Shown here: piece after piece, positions 26,601 to 41,600 of the stretch | How positions within the stretch are numbered: the stretch's first letter is position 1 | How the letters are laid out: each line of letters opens with the position of its first letter | From: Perna viridis | Taxonomy: Eukaryota | Length of the DNA: 64,000 bases | Direction of reading: 5' to 3' | Assembly: GCA_037379345.1 (NCBI GenBank) | Contig: CM074511.1 | Coordinates: 47,808,862 to 47,872,861, forward strand | The notes under the pieces: model-generated | The model's input: only the letters and a program-made list of their open reading frames with translations | What the model was told of the DNA's origin: nothing | The model's database searches: none | Program-made: the position numbers and the translations under genes

Positions 26601-29600
26601 TGAATAGGAAATATGCTAAAGCTGTGTATCTGTGTGTCATTTATTGTACAGCAATACAACCATTTGTACAAAATAAATAAAACAATACTGCAGTTATAAG
26701 TGCTACAGAGCTCATGTTAACATCATGTATTTGTAATGTCACTAACTTAAAAAAAAAACAAAAAAACTTGATGACCATAATGACTTAAAAATGTCACAAA
26801 ACCATGTGTTACATGGGTATTTATAGTCTACTTTACTACTTCTGTATTGCTGTACAATAAATATATTATTGCATGAATATTGGGGAAATTATATCATTGC
26901 AGAATGTTGATCTCATCGTTCGAATTCTATCCAAGAGGATATTCCCCAGTATCGATGCAATAATTCTAAAATATTCATTAAATAAAACATGTGATCTTCA
27001 ATTTAAGAAGGCAAAACAGCATTGATGCAGTATGTCTAGAATTTAAGCCAAACATGTGCTCGAAAACAAAATTATGAAGCTAGAAAATTCATAGCACAAT
27101 TAAAGGGTAAACATTCAAAATTTTTTTTGCTTTTTTTTCTAGCACAATTTACTCCAAATTCTTTTTATCATCAAAATGAAAAAAATATTAATAGCAATGC
27201 ATATGAATCTTTAATTCACAATAAAACTGTTTTTTTCTCATCTTCAAAGACTTAGAAAAAACTCCCATAAAAGACATATTTTTGCTTTCAGTCATCAAAT
27301 GAATAGTTCCAGATTTTTAAAAATAAAAATCTATAATACATGTATGAAAAAAGAATGTAAAACCAAATTGAGTAAAACATTTTACCAAACATATGTCTTT
27401 AGTTAATCAAATAAAAGCATGTGAACTGAAAAAAGTGAAATAAATATAGTGCCCTGAAAAAAATAAAATACAAATATTTGTTTTTCTTTCATGGTTAATA
27501 ACCACAACTCAACCACTTCACATACTTGGGATATTTTGCAGTATTGGCATCCATCTCACATAAGCCTCGGAAGAATTCATCAAACTTGAGACGTGAGTTT
27601 TGATCGAGGGTAGCACCAATAGACCAGACAACAGAGAAGAAGAAGTAACTAACAACCATGTTAGTTTTTTCCTCCATTTCCTTCCTTTCTTCCTCTGAAG
27701 CCTGAGGTTGTTGAGGTTGTCCTTCCTCATCCATTTCTTCATCTGCTTCATCAATAAAGTCATCTTCCTCCTCATCTTCACCTATGGATCTACAAAATAA
27801 TATAATGTAACATTAAGGTTATTAAACTTTAGAAAAATAAAGATGACCTTTACCTTTTATCATTGACTACTGGTATATTGGTATGTAAGGTATGATTTTT
27901 CTATAACCTGAAGCAATGCTTAATTGATTTTTTAACCAAATATTTTGTTCTTTTATCACTGGGTCTACACATTTCTGAAAATAGCCAAAAGATGAAGAGA
28001 AGATGTGAAAAATCAACATTAAAACCTTTTTTTATTATTCTATAATTTGATCCCCCCCCAAACTTTCCATTCATATAAATAGTCATAATCAAATAAAAAC
28101 TGATTCAAAGATTAATGATTTAAAACTAGGAATTTTTTTATGTACAAGTAAATAAAATAAAAAGAATCTTCCATTTTTGTTTTTGTTTTCATGGTAGTCA
28201 TGGTTTTGTAAAACAAAAAAAAAAAAACTAGGACATGAATTTCAAATATTGCTAGAAACAGTTCCTAGACTTGTGTTCTCTATCACATAGTAATCTAAGG
28301 TTACCAACCTGACATCATCAAGCATACAGGTATATAATGTCAACATACTCTTCGTCAGATGGAGAGGATGACATGTTAGTAAACACCGGCAGTACTTTGA
28401 TACAAAGTTTAAACATGGTGGCAATATCCAATCAAATAACAGCTAGCAAATACAAAATAGCAAAACAGCTAATGTTAAAATATAGCTTTAAAAAGTAGCA
28501 GCATCAAAATAAACATTGCAAAAATTAGGTGATGTATTGCATTCTAGCCTGTGATTGTAAATCTTATAAAGTCATTAGTATTTAATAAATTTCAATGTAG
28601 ATTTTAACGCCAATGACCATTTTCAGTAGCAAATAAGACATCAAAATGTATATGTTAAATAAATAAATCAATAGCTGCACACACTAAAGCACTTGATATG
28701 CCCATTCCCACCTTTTTTTGGTGACTGAAGTCCCAGAACTATGAAAAGAAAGAGGACACGAAGAAAATCCTGTACCAAAAAATGATTAAAATCCCTCACA
28801 ATATTTTAAATCTGGATTGATAGAACGATAGCAATATATCAACTTATGTCCATCAAAAGACAAGTGTACAAAAAAGAAGTGACAAAAGAATATGCCAAAA
28901 TATTACACTTATGATCTGGTGCATTTTAAGCAATAAAATGTGATGTCTTTGTAAACAAAATGATCCTTTTTTTTTTAAATTTCATTAACAACTGCAATAA
29001 ATTAAAATCTAATGTCTAGCAACAAATAAAATCTTGAATTAATAAGAGATAGATGCAACCTGTAAGAGGACGAACATGTTTTTCTATTGAAAGTAAAATA
29101 ACCTGGTTTGAACTGCAATTTGAAAAAAGTTTCTGATTTGAAAAAATAAAGCTAATTAGATCCTGTATAATTTTCATGATGAGAAACGTTGACTAAAGTT
29201 TAGTACGCCAGGTAGATATCTTTATCCTCTGCAAACATAACAAGTATATCAAAACTAGCAATTCAGACTTACTTTTATGGTTTCTCTATGCTCATCATTA
29301 AGATTGGGAGGTAGATCATTCTCCATCCAAGATTTAATGAGTGGATCCCATCCTAACTGCAGGGGATCTAGGTAAATCATTCCACACCTGTAAACAGTTA
29401 ACAATGAATTGATGCACAATTTTTAAACATCAGGCATAAAAAAATCATAAAAAAGAGTCCTGGGAAACATCACATAAGTTCAGATACAAAATATTGTAAT
29501 TCTTCATCAACCAATTGGACATGAATTCTTGAAATTCTTTACCTGCTGACTGTAGCTGGTGAGGCCTGCTCCAAATCCTGAGCTTCAAATATCATATTCT

Positions 29601-32600
29601 GTTTGTTGTTCATCTGTATAATTTCACCACTCATTAAACAAAGCTGTAAAAGAACACTTTTTATACTAAACACATCAATATTCTAACTATGTAATCACAA
29701 AGTTTCATTTTGTTAATGTGTACACATTTAGAGCTAGACAATTGTGCTATGTTCACATATTTGTCCAACATATTTTTTTTATAATGAAATCCTTTCGACA
29801 GGAATTGTGTTTCAAAGATATGTAAATTGACAGACATACATGGTGGGCCAAAGTGAGTCCTACAATCCAAACCAACTTATTTAGATTGATTGATTGATTA
29901 CAGTTTAAAGTCCTATGGCAGATACTTCAGACTGAGAATGATATACCAATCGCACAGACCCTGCTTTCTACTAGTATAACGCAATGAGTCAGTTTTTATT
30001 GTGCTAGCTCACAAAAGCAACAGCCTCAGGTAGGTGTGCCACCAAACTCAGACATATTATTCTGACTCCAAGGCAACCAGTCATCACTATCTCCTTAAAT
30101 ACTGCATGTTAGGCTTAGAAGCAATGATTACAAATTTTAAAGTTTTTGGTATAACTAAGTCCGGGAACTAATGAGGAGTTTATAATGAAGAATTCCTTTG
30201 TATTCCTATATACATTCATTTACCATATCTTTCTACTTTTTCTAGTTAATCTTTATCATGACTTCCCTGTTGTCTGAAGGGGATACTATACCTTCTTGTT
30301 ATCATCCAATACAGTGTTCATGTTCTCAATCCATACAGCATCTACAGGACCATCAAATATAATCCACTTCCTGTAGTCTGTAGTATCAGCTGCATGCTCT
30401 CTGAATGTGTTAGCCAATATTCCTGACAAAAAAGGAACATATGGTGTGAAAACCAAACAAAACTTCAGCAACAAAAATCATTCTAAATTTGAAAGTTATT
30501 GTGCTAAAACATGAATACAAGATGTGAGTTTTTTTTTGCAGTTATGTACAAATGACATCCATAGGTTCCTCGTGTTATTTCTATTAATAAGTTTTCTCTA
30601 TGTTGATTAAAACTCTGATATATCCAGTTAACAAACACAAAGGCATACTCCATATCATTAAGTAACCAAAAACACTTATAACACATACCCCATATATGTA
30701 ATTCCACACATCAAATGTGAAATCCATCCATCTATCTGGAGCAGAGATTTTTGTACAGAAAATTTTCTCTATCAAATGATATAGTGAAAAGTGGCTAAGT
30801 CCCACGAAACAGGAAGTCGATATCCAACAACCCAAAAATGGCTCACATTGTATACCCCATAAACATAAAGCTACACACAAAATTTGAAATAGACAGATGG
30901 AATGATAGAAGGACAAGGTGATTCCAATATACCACCTACTTGTTGAGTGAGGTATAAAATATCTGAAGCAATAGAGGTTATGAAGACATGAATATTTTCA
31001 TTCAGAATACCATGATCTTCTTTTCATGATGAGTTTGGATACTTGTTTTTATACATTGGTTAGACTTACCATCAAACCATTCATGAGAGACAGGATCAAA
31101 TCTACCATACAATTGTCCAATGGTCACTGCCTTAGGGTTGATAATTCTAAACTTGACCTACACCAGAAAATAAACACAAAGATGTGTAGACTACCAACAA
31201 AACAAGTACATCAACTGTTTCCAAATTAAAAATAATCTACCAAATCATGGTGCATTTACGATGGTCACAGAAGGTTTTTAAACATTTCAGACATGATATT
31301 ACAAAGCAAACAAAAAAGAAATCGATGATATAAAAAATAAACATATAGTAAAAAATGAAACCAGTAAAATCTGGATTTGGAAAAGAATTCCATTTTATAG
31401 GAGAAGAAAACTTATATGGTAAAACCTGTCTGACTGAACCCCAAATAAACCTAAACCTGTCGAAACAAGACATTTTTTTAAAATTCCATCATGTCAGTTT
31501 TTGAACCTGAATAAACCAAACATTGGTCCAAATGAAACAAATTCTAAATTCCAAAAGTGGTTCAGTTTAGACAGGTTTCAGTATAATATCATTACATCTG
31601 TATACCCTATACTCATCCATTTCTCCACTTTTATGCAGGTCACCTAAGGAGTCTGCCAAGACACTAAATGCACTTGTCTTCCCTCCAAGAGGATCACCAA
31701 CGATCATCAAACCATGCCGTACAAGTATCATATCATAAATCTGATGGTGGAAATAAAAACAAATAATAAATAAAAGTAAATATGAAAAAAAAGTTTTTAA
31801 ACATAATTTGGACAAAACTTTGTAAGATCAAACATTGTTCCTAACAATATTTAATTTTTGGTCATTAACTTTAAAAAAAAGTTCAATGTTTTAAATCCAA
31901 CTACATGTAAGAAGGATTTTTTTCATTTTTCCCATTGAAATAGTGTATTTTAATGTAGTTTATCACCATAGTTACCTGTATTATTTTCTCTATAAACCAT
32001 GGTACTGCCTGTAATTTTCTGGTCTTGAGATTTTCTTTCAGTCTGGTTTCTAGGTGACCATAATCAATATGAGGTAGTTCTACTTGAGGGAATAGATCAG
32101 ATATTATTCCTTCAAACAATGGTATGTCATGAGACAAAAACTGAAAACAAACAAAATTTAATTTGAAATTTCCAAGTTACCTATTTTGCCTTTTTAACCT
32201 TCCATTTGTTTTTATCATCTATCTATTTCTTATTTCATATATTCAACAGATGATGAACAGAATTTGATGTGAAAAATAGCCTTTCCGAATTAGCATTAAT
32301 TTTCAGTTAAGTTTTTAAACATAAATAAATACCATTTATTCTATTAAAAAACAACATTAATAGATTACAGTATACCAATAATTAAAGATAATTAAACAAT
32401 TGAATGAGTAAATAGATAAAATAGCAATTTATTAGAAGTGAAGGCCTAAATAACAAACAAGATTTACATCATAGATAAATAACTGAAAAGGAATAGCCTT
32501 TAAAACAAATAGGAACAATCAACTAAACAGATGAATGAATGGATTCATGATATCCAACTGCACTTTTTTCAAGCAAGGGCTATAATATGGTGTAGGCATA

Positions 32601-35600
32601 TACATTGCATATAGAAGCGAGCACCAAGGGATTCAACATTTTTGAACCCTCACTTTTAACTTTACAAACAGTGGCAGCTCCAGCTATATCATTTTGAGAT
32701 AGAGGGTCCAATTTGGAATATGTATAAAGTCCAGAATGATAATAATTCTCCATGGATGGTGGGAATATTTTACACATAACCTGTAACATAAACGCAACAG
32801 GGTTTGTAAGACTCGTTCTATTTCATTAAGCAGGAAAATTTAAAGGAATGCATTGAAAGACAATCTCAAAATGCTATTTTCACGTGCACACATGTTGCTG
32901 TTGAGCTCATTTTGTGCTCACTATTAACCAACCTTTGGTAGATTGACATCATTTATAGACTTCAGCACCAACACTTCTTCTCGTTGTTCCGGATATTTTA
33001 ATTTCAAATTTCCTGCGGCTGTCAACACAGATTTCACAGCTCTCATGCCATAATCATAATGATGTTGGGAAGACAATTGTTCTGAACACAGTTTGTAAGT
33101 ATCTACAATTTTAGTGGCCATGCTACGAGCATCAACAAAACCCATGGAATAAAGTGAGATCTCCGCTATCATTGCGTAGTCAGGAATCATCATGGCAACT
33201 GTTCGGAATAACACCTAAAACAGTAATGATATAACCACGGTCCTAGAAAAAAAGCAGCTCCTACATTACAATGTAAAGATGTAAAGCAAACGAAATCAAC
33301 TTTGATAGAAACAAAATTTAACTCTTATGTTTGAAAAAGCAGGGGTGTTATCTGCTATATTTTTCAGTACTCTAAATTTTGAAATTTGAATAGAAAAAAA
33401 TAAAAGAAAAAATAAAAAGAAATATCTCCACTTAAAATTAATATGATACCTTTAAATTATCAGGAAGCTCAGCTCTTCCAGCATATCCAGGATTCATTGT
33501 GATAAATATAGTACATGTCCTATCTAGTGAAATCTCTGTTCCTTCAAATATAAAGGTCTTTACTTGTTCTGCCACAGCTCTCTGGATAGTCTGTACCTGC
33601 TGGGCTATCACAGACAATACCTCAAGTTCTATTCTGTTAAATTCATCAAAACAAGCCCAGGCACCTGACTGAGCTAAACCCTTGAAGAATTTACCCATTG
33701 CTTTGTAATCCAGACCATCAGAACAGTTAAACACAACACACTGCAAATATAAAAGAAATCTTATTTTATTGAAGCTTTATTGAGTACATCTTATATTCAA
33801 TGAAGGGACTAAATCAAAAAAATAATTTCTGCAGGCTGTACAATAATGAAACAAAACTTTGTTTTCTCCACTTATCGTGAAAAATGATAATATACAGTAT
33901 CAAAAAAATTTTACTTTTTAATGATTCATTTTTTACACCTTTTAACTAGTTCATCTTCACAAAATTCTTAATACTGTCATAATTAATATATAACTACCTG
34001 CTTGGCTACAGCTTTGGCTAGATCCTTAGAGGTTTCTGTTTTGCCAGTCCCTGCTGGTCCCTCAGGAGCACCCCCTAAGTTAAGTAACAGGGCACCCATC
34101 AGGGTTCTAAAATTAAATTTATAGAATTAAATCTAAGCTTATATGCAGGAAGAACAGTATGACCTTAAAATGCCTTGAATAGCAAGAATATAGAAAGAAA
34201 ACCAAACTAAAAGCAAATTGTAATTTTTCTGCAATTAAAACAAGTTACATGTTTTTTTCACTACTCCTTTTTTTTATCTTTCTTAATGACACAATAAAGT
34301 ACTCAAACTGATAACTATTTATTGAGTTGTACTGGTACTAGTATATATTAGCTTCATCACATAGTATATACAGTTTCCCTACCTATAACATCTATCTGTA
34401 AGAGGAGTAATGACTAGACGTCCTGTGTTTCCTAGGTACTCATAAGCATAGTTCACACAGGTTGTTATCATCTTAACAATAACTAATTCATCTTCTAAGT
34501 AATATCTCAGCTGACTGATCCAGGAGAAATCCTGCGGACTCTGTATCTCCTTCTCCTTCAGATTGTTTACAACATCCCTGGCTGGAAATTGTAACATATA
34601 TATTTCTTGTGTTTTCTACCCATGTTAGAAGAAAGCTGATGTTTTCTTATGATAATTTATTTTCACAGATACCATTTTGATAAAAACAAATGATACATAT
34701 GACTTGCCATTTTGTCAAGGTTTATAGAGAAAATTTTAAAAACTAAACATCTTTTATAAATTGTTGACTGGGAACTTAAAAACAAATACTCAAATACATA
34801 GGGTACATTTAAGATGAAGATTTAAAAAATCTCAAAGATAAAGTACTTATCAATAGCATTAAGACATGACAGTTTGCCCCTGCATGTACCTGTATATCTT
34901 ACAAGTCTTTTTTTATACATTTTATATAATTTTGTCACTATGGGTAAGACTGACTAATACTTTGTGAGCCTAGTATATTTCAATATACAACTAAATATCT
35001 CATAAAACATTTTGAAAGTTCAAGCTACTAGGACAACTAACCACGAACATCTATAACACTTAGAACTAACCATGAACATCTATAACAATTAAAGCACCAA
35101 GTGTTATCCTTGCCATCGACGTAAGTTGTCCTCTTACAAGTTTGACAACTTCTTCTATCTGTCTGTTACTCTTAGCTAAATATGGCCCTAAGAAACCTCC
35201 AGTAATTGCCTATAATCATACAAAAAGAACTCACCAATATGTAAACAGAAGTACACAAGTACCATACATCAAGAAAATTAATGATAATCCACAAAAATTT
35301 GGATGAACCTAATGAAAATGGCTAGTAGATTTTTTCTTCCAGCCAAACATAGAAAAATAAAAATATATTTATGAATTTTGATTGTGATTAAATATTTAAC
35401 ACAAAATGTATAAAAGTCAAAAAGAAGCTTACATTAATAAAAAAAAAAATCAACAAAATTTCAATGAAAATTGCTTAAAACATTTTCAAGTTACAGTGCA
35501 ATTTTTGAAAATCCCCCTTCTAATGAATAAAGTCCAAAAACCTTGAAAAGTAAAATCAGATATTTAAAACAATTGAAGATGGAGCTAACATCAATAGAAA

Positions 35601-38600
35601 TAAACAATTTTAAGTTTGTAACAAATCCTACAAGGGTTTTTTAGTCATAATCCGAAAACAGAAAATCACCCATTTTTTTTTTTTACAATTATAGTCCCCT
35701 AATTCAAAAACAAAAAATCATAAATTCATAAAATTCCAAAAAGAGCTCACATCACTAAAAAGAAACAAGTAATCAAGGTTTCACAAAACTGATGGCAGCA
35801 TTTTTGAGTTATTGTCCGAAGTGTAAACCATGGATGGACAGATGGACACTGGTATACTATAATACGTCACATCTAAAAAGACAGGTGTACCTAAACACTC
35901 ATATACTGAATCAATCAGTGTTATCCAATATTTTAAAGAAACTTTCGGAAATTTTACTATTTTTCATATTAGAATGAATCATAATTTCTGCTATCAATTA
36001 ATGCTGTTACATTTTCAGACATTAACAGTAATCCAACACCTACCTGAGTAACTTCAGCAGTCCAGTGTATCTGACTAGCAGCTAGAACCACCTGACCAGG
36101 CCACTCCAACACCCATTCATTCCTTGGCTTTTTGGTGTAGGCATCTACAGCCTTGGAGGACACCACTCTCAAACTCAGCTTCATAACTTCCTCCACCTGT
36201 AACAGCCATCTCTCTACCAGACCCTTGGCATCAGCTGGGATAATCACTTTATGAAAGTCTACCTTCTCTTTCTCAGCTGACTCCATGGCTGTGATAATTT
36301 TAGATTCATTGAAAGTTAATTGGTAAATGCCTTCAAAGCATTTCTTGAGATGTGGTTGTACCCTGAGGGGATCTTTAGTTTCTGACAAGATTTCCAACAG
36401 TTCATCATTAGACAGGAAGAAAAATCTTGGAAAGAACAACCTCTTCTTCTCCAGGTAGTCATTCAGTCCTTTCTGAATATCATCCAACATAGACTGAAAT
36501 ATGACAATAGCATTTTTTAAATTACTACAGATGAAATGTTGAAACAAGATTCCCCTATCTTCTCATTAAAGTACTCGTAATATAGAAGTTTACTTCCAGA
36601 TATATTGGCAAGATACTAACTACTTAGTTCATTAGCAAGTATGAAGTAGGAAAATATGGCCTTTTTCCATCATAAAAGTCCAAATATATCACAATTTACC
36701 ATGCTAATAATGAGTCTAAAATACAGGTACATTTACCATGGAGAAAACTGAAATCAAAACTCACATAAGCTTATTAAATAAAATCCTTATTTATGGAATA
36801 AAACTATACCTCTGAATGTTGAAGTTTTTCTAACATTTGATCCTGTGAAGTAACCACTAAAGCTCTACAATCCTTCACTGCATTCTCCATTATAGTTCTC
36901 CTGGAATATTATTAAAACACAATATTATCACTATACAAAGTTGATCAATGATTAAAAGCATCATCAGCTACAAAACTTTTATAGCAACTAATTCTAAATT
37001 TAAAATGGAAACTTTGCACTCAAAAACATCTAAAATAGATAAACTAGCACATGCTCCTAATAATCTCAACATACCAATGAAGATCAACTTCTTCAAACAT
37101 CTTTCCTTCTAAAGGTATTTGGTTTCTAATGTCCTGTGATCCAAATATTGGTTCCAGATATAACCAGGCAGCTTGAACCTTCAACCAGGAATCCAATATA
37201 TCCTTCATTCTATGCTGTAAAATATAAACATCAGCAGCATTAGATTTACATACATAGGAAGATAGAAATCCAAAAATAAATTGCAAATAAGCTGTACCAA
37301 AGCAAAAATATTAATATAAGAAGCCAAATTCATCACCAAAATTTCTACCAAGTGCAATACAAGGATGGAACCTCAATGCTTAACGGTTTAAAATTTTGAG
37401 ATTCTTCAATTTTTTATACATAAGCTATGATATAACTCAAGTAAGACAGGTTTGCAATTAATATTAGAATGCCTCTTACTTGTTTTTTCTAAGTACATGT
37501 TATAATTTACATAGCTGTTGTGTTAAAAATATCAATAAATTTGTCAAATCTTACCAAAACCAGATCCCACTCATTTATTTGTGTTTCAAATGGAGCAATA
37601 AATGGTGATCCCTTCATGGTTGTTGTCTTGACGATATGATCATCTAGCAACACCTGGATTTCATCAGGCGCTGACATGATATTTATACCAGTGTCTTTGT
37701 ATGGAACGAAGGCAAACAACATTGACTCCCAATCATCCTTCATCTTCTGTAATGCCTGTTGTAAAAAATATAGTTTTTTTTAAATAAAAACTTCTTAAAA
37801 AGAAAATCTTGCAATGTGTTTACTACAATATTATTCAATAAATGGCTTTTTCCAACCACTGACAGGTCATGATTGAAGGACAGGGTCACACAAAACTGTC
37901 TTATATATAGAAATATAATTATACAGGTAAATTTCAAACCACAGGTGTAGCAGCAAGTCTGACTGGTGCCACAATATTTTTTTTGGTTGGTACGGCATGC
38001 CATGCCTTATATTCTTGTACAAAATTCTAAAAAAAAATCTTAAACAAATGAGATTTTCTACTTGGTAACTAACTTTAAAAAGTTCAAACATACATATGTG
38101 TTTGTAAGTCCCATCGTACTATTTGAGATTTGGGTGCTACAATTCTACAAACACCTGTAAATGATGATCACAGAGGTTTTAAATAGTAAATGGTGATTAA
38201 TGCTCTGGAAATACATGTATTATAAAGTATATCAAATGTCAGTGTTAGGAAATGACTCTCTTTCCTCTCTGTCTGTAGGTATATTATAATGAACTGTTTT
38301 GTTTTAGACATAGTTATTACACTCTTTTCTATTGAATCATTCTGATTTCTTCAATGGGGCCTAGATAGAACCAGATAGTAGTAGCTATACAATGATAACA
38401 TTAAACACCAGTAGATAGTACAAATGTGACACACATGAGATCATATGAGATGATTACAAATATGATGCACATGAGATCATATGAGATGATAAAAAATGTG
38501 ACACACATGAGAATCATATGAGGTGACAACAAATGTGTCACACATGAGAATCATATGAGGTGATAACAAATGTGTCATACATGAGAATCATAAGAGGTGA

Positions 38601-41600
38601 TAACAAATGTGACACACATGAGAATCATATGAGGTGATAACAAGTCTGACACACATGATAATCATACGAGGTGATATCAACTTTACCTTCTCTAAAGCAT
38701 ACTCTTTGCTGGCTTGAGCACTAATAGCTTGTAACTGTTCCACATATTTGTCTAGTCCTAGTGCTAATTCTTCTTCAAGTGTTGTTTCTTCTGTTGGAGT
38801 CATGTTAAAACCAACCTACAAACATAAGTAAGGTATTAATTAAAGAAATGAACAAAATACAAAAATGACATATGATAAAGAAAGAATGGAAAAGGTTTCA
38901 TAGTATTTTATAGAGTATCTATTAAAGTTTGCAAATGAATGCAATAAAAAGAATAAAATAATGATATAAACTGTGGTGTACTTAAGTTAAATACGAGTAT
39001 GAATAATAATAACGTAAAAAGTAGCCACATTTAAAAGCTAAAATTAAACATAAGATATTTTTGTTAATATAAGATTGCACAGATATTCCCAAGCTTATTT
39101 TATTATCTCTCATCTAGGTTGACAGTTAGTGTTTCTCTTCTCAGTCAGTGCTATTCACCACTGATGTAGGACATCACACAGAAAATATGGGCTTCCTTTC
39201 CTTCTTTTTATCACATCAAAATTGTATTTTATTTGCATTAAGTTCCATTTTTACCTTTTTGATAAGGCTATTTTCACTTGTTTATAATTTAATAAACATA
39301 ATGTCCACTTTACATTGTACACAAATGTTAATGTTACCTTTTCATTCATCATGTCCCAATGTCTTTTCTTGATACCAGGATTACAGATGGCATTGATCTT
39401 TGGCATGTTTATTCTGAAGTGTTCTAGAGAGCTTTTTATACTACGAGATGCTTGAAAAGCTCCTTTGGTAGATGCTGTGTTGAACAGCTTGGTAAGTTTG
39501 TATGATGTCTTCCACAAGTTTTGTACCTGAAATATAAGATAAAATCATTTATCCTTTCTTGGAATGATTTTTCTTCTGCCATACTTTTTAACTTAAAGAT
39601 ATCTTATTCAATTTATATATTGACAATTTATCAATTACAGCAATAAATTGAAAATACAAAATTCTAACACAAGTCCCATATCTACCACACAAATGCCCTG
39701 TGTTTATCTAACTTGAAAACAACTAAGATCATGGATAAAATTTATAGTAATTTCATATTTTTTTAGAAAGTTTTCTCCAAAATATACATCATTCTTACAC
39801 TTCCACAATGAAAAAATCTAAATCATCAAATTTAAATACATGTTACAAGTTTGTCAGTCTTCACTAATCTCCATAGCAGTTAAAATTACTTCTTCTGAGC
39901 TCTTCCTCCACCTCACCATCACTCAAATGACTGATTCTTCTCAAAATCTATAGCATTATTTTAAATGCTAGGTCTGATCACAGCCTTACTGTCAGAACTT
40001 TGTATATATACCTCCTTACCAATAAAAGTATTCTCCCTTTTCACCCTTTAATTTATATCCACTTTCACCATTACAATAACCCTCCCTTTACCTCTAAAAG
40101 TGTCCTTCCCTCTACCTCTAAAAGTAATATTTCCTCCACCCTAAAAAGTTAGTTCCCTTTACCTCTTCTTCTACTTCCTCTGAATTAACTTTGATGACAG
40201 GGGATTTCATCCAGGCCTTGTGTTGTGCCCTGAACTTGACAGCAGTAGACCATAACTTCTCATATGGTTCCCTGGCTGCCGCTATTTCCTGTATCTCATT
40301 GTAAGGTGTCACAGAATCAAATTCTAACAACATCTCCTCTCTGTTGATTTTAGCTTTCTGAAATGGTAAAAGAATAAACTCATTGAATTAAGACTTACTC
40401 TAAATACAAAACTTTTAAAAAATATTATAGGAGAATATTTTTGAGCTTATTTACCATCCTATCAGTACATTAAGAATAAAATTTCACTCTTTTAATTAGA
40501 AAAGCTAATGGGGGAACCTTTCTACACACCCCGTACCAATCCTACAGAGTAGTTTAATTCCTAGCAGAGTCACAAAGATTAAATAACAAGGCTAATCATT
40601 AAGCCTAAGACCTACTACAGGCCTCTAATAACATGGCGCAGTGGTATATGATAGTAAAATACAAATACAGTGGTCTTATCACTTAACTACTGTTGAGGTA
40701 ACCCCATACATACAAATGCCAAATGTTAGTAAGTAATACATATACCTCATCCATGAAATCCTCTATATCTTTGCCTATCTGTTGAATTTCTTTAAGGTAT
40801 GTTTCATCCTCACTCATCTTGTGTTTGTTGGTATAACTTTTAACTTTAGTTGCTGTGGAGTTCAGTGTTTCTTTAAATGCTTTCTTCCTATCTTGAAGAC
40901 GTTTCTTGTAAATATCACATGTCTTCTGTAGCTCATTGTCACTGAAATGCAAGGTGTATTGTAATAGTGAATTGAAAATTTTGCTAAATCAGGCATTCAT
41001 TTTTTCTATTTTTTGAGTAGTTCATTAATTAATTAACGATATGGAGCAAACGTTATAATAAAGACGAAAGACAAGTACTTTAACATATGAATAAATGCAT
41101 AGGTCAATGGATGATTACTAGAAATCTGTGAGCCAATACCCATGGGTGATATCCCTACATTTTTACTTTAGAATGTGGTCAAAATATAAATCAAGTCATC
41201 AAGCAGAAAAATATTATTACCGGTACATAAGCCAAAAGTCAAATCCCACATTATGAAAAATCAAAATTAAGACTGTGTCAGAATATTGAGTAATTGTGAT
41301 AATAAGTTGCGGAAAAAACTGTAACAGTATGACTAACAGACGTACAGACAAGAACTAAACAATAATACTCCTCCTTTGGAGCATGGGTATAATTATAAGA
41401 TTTTGAACATAAGTATTAGTAGATATGTACGATATTGGTCAGTGAACTTACCTGTTGACAATGATTGGTGCTATCCTGTCAGCCCAACTAAAGGTATTGG
41501 TGTTGTGGACAATGTCTTCTCTAGGCAGACATGTGTAAGTCAAGAGGAACATTACATTGCCCACTGCAACTTCTTGTTTGTCCTTATAAACACAATACAA

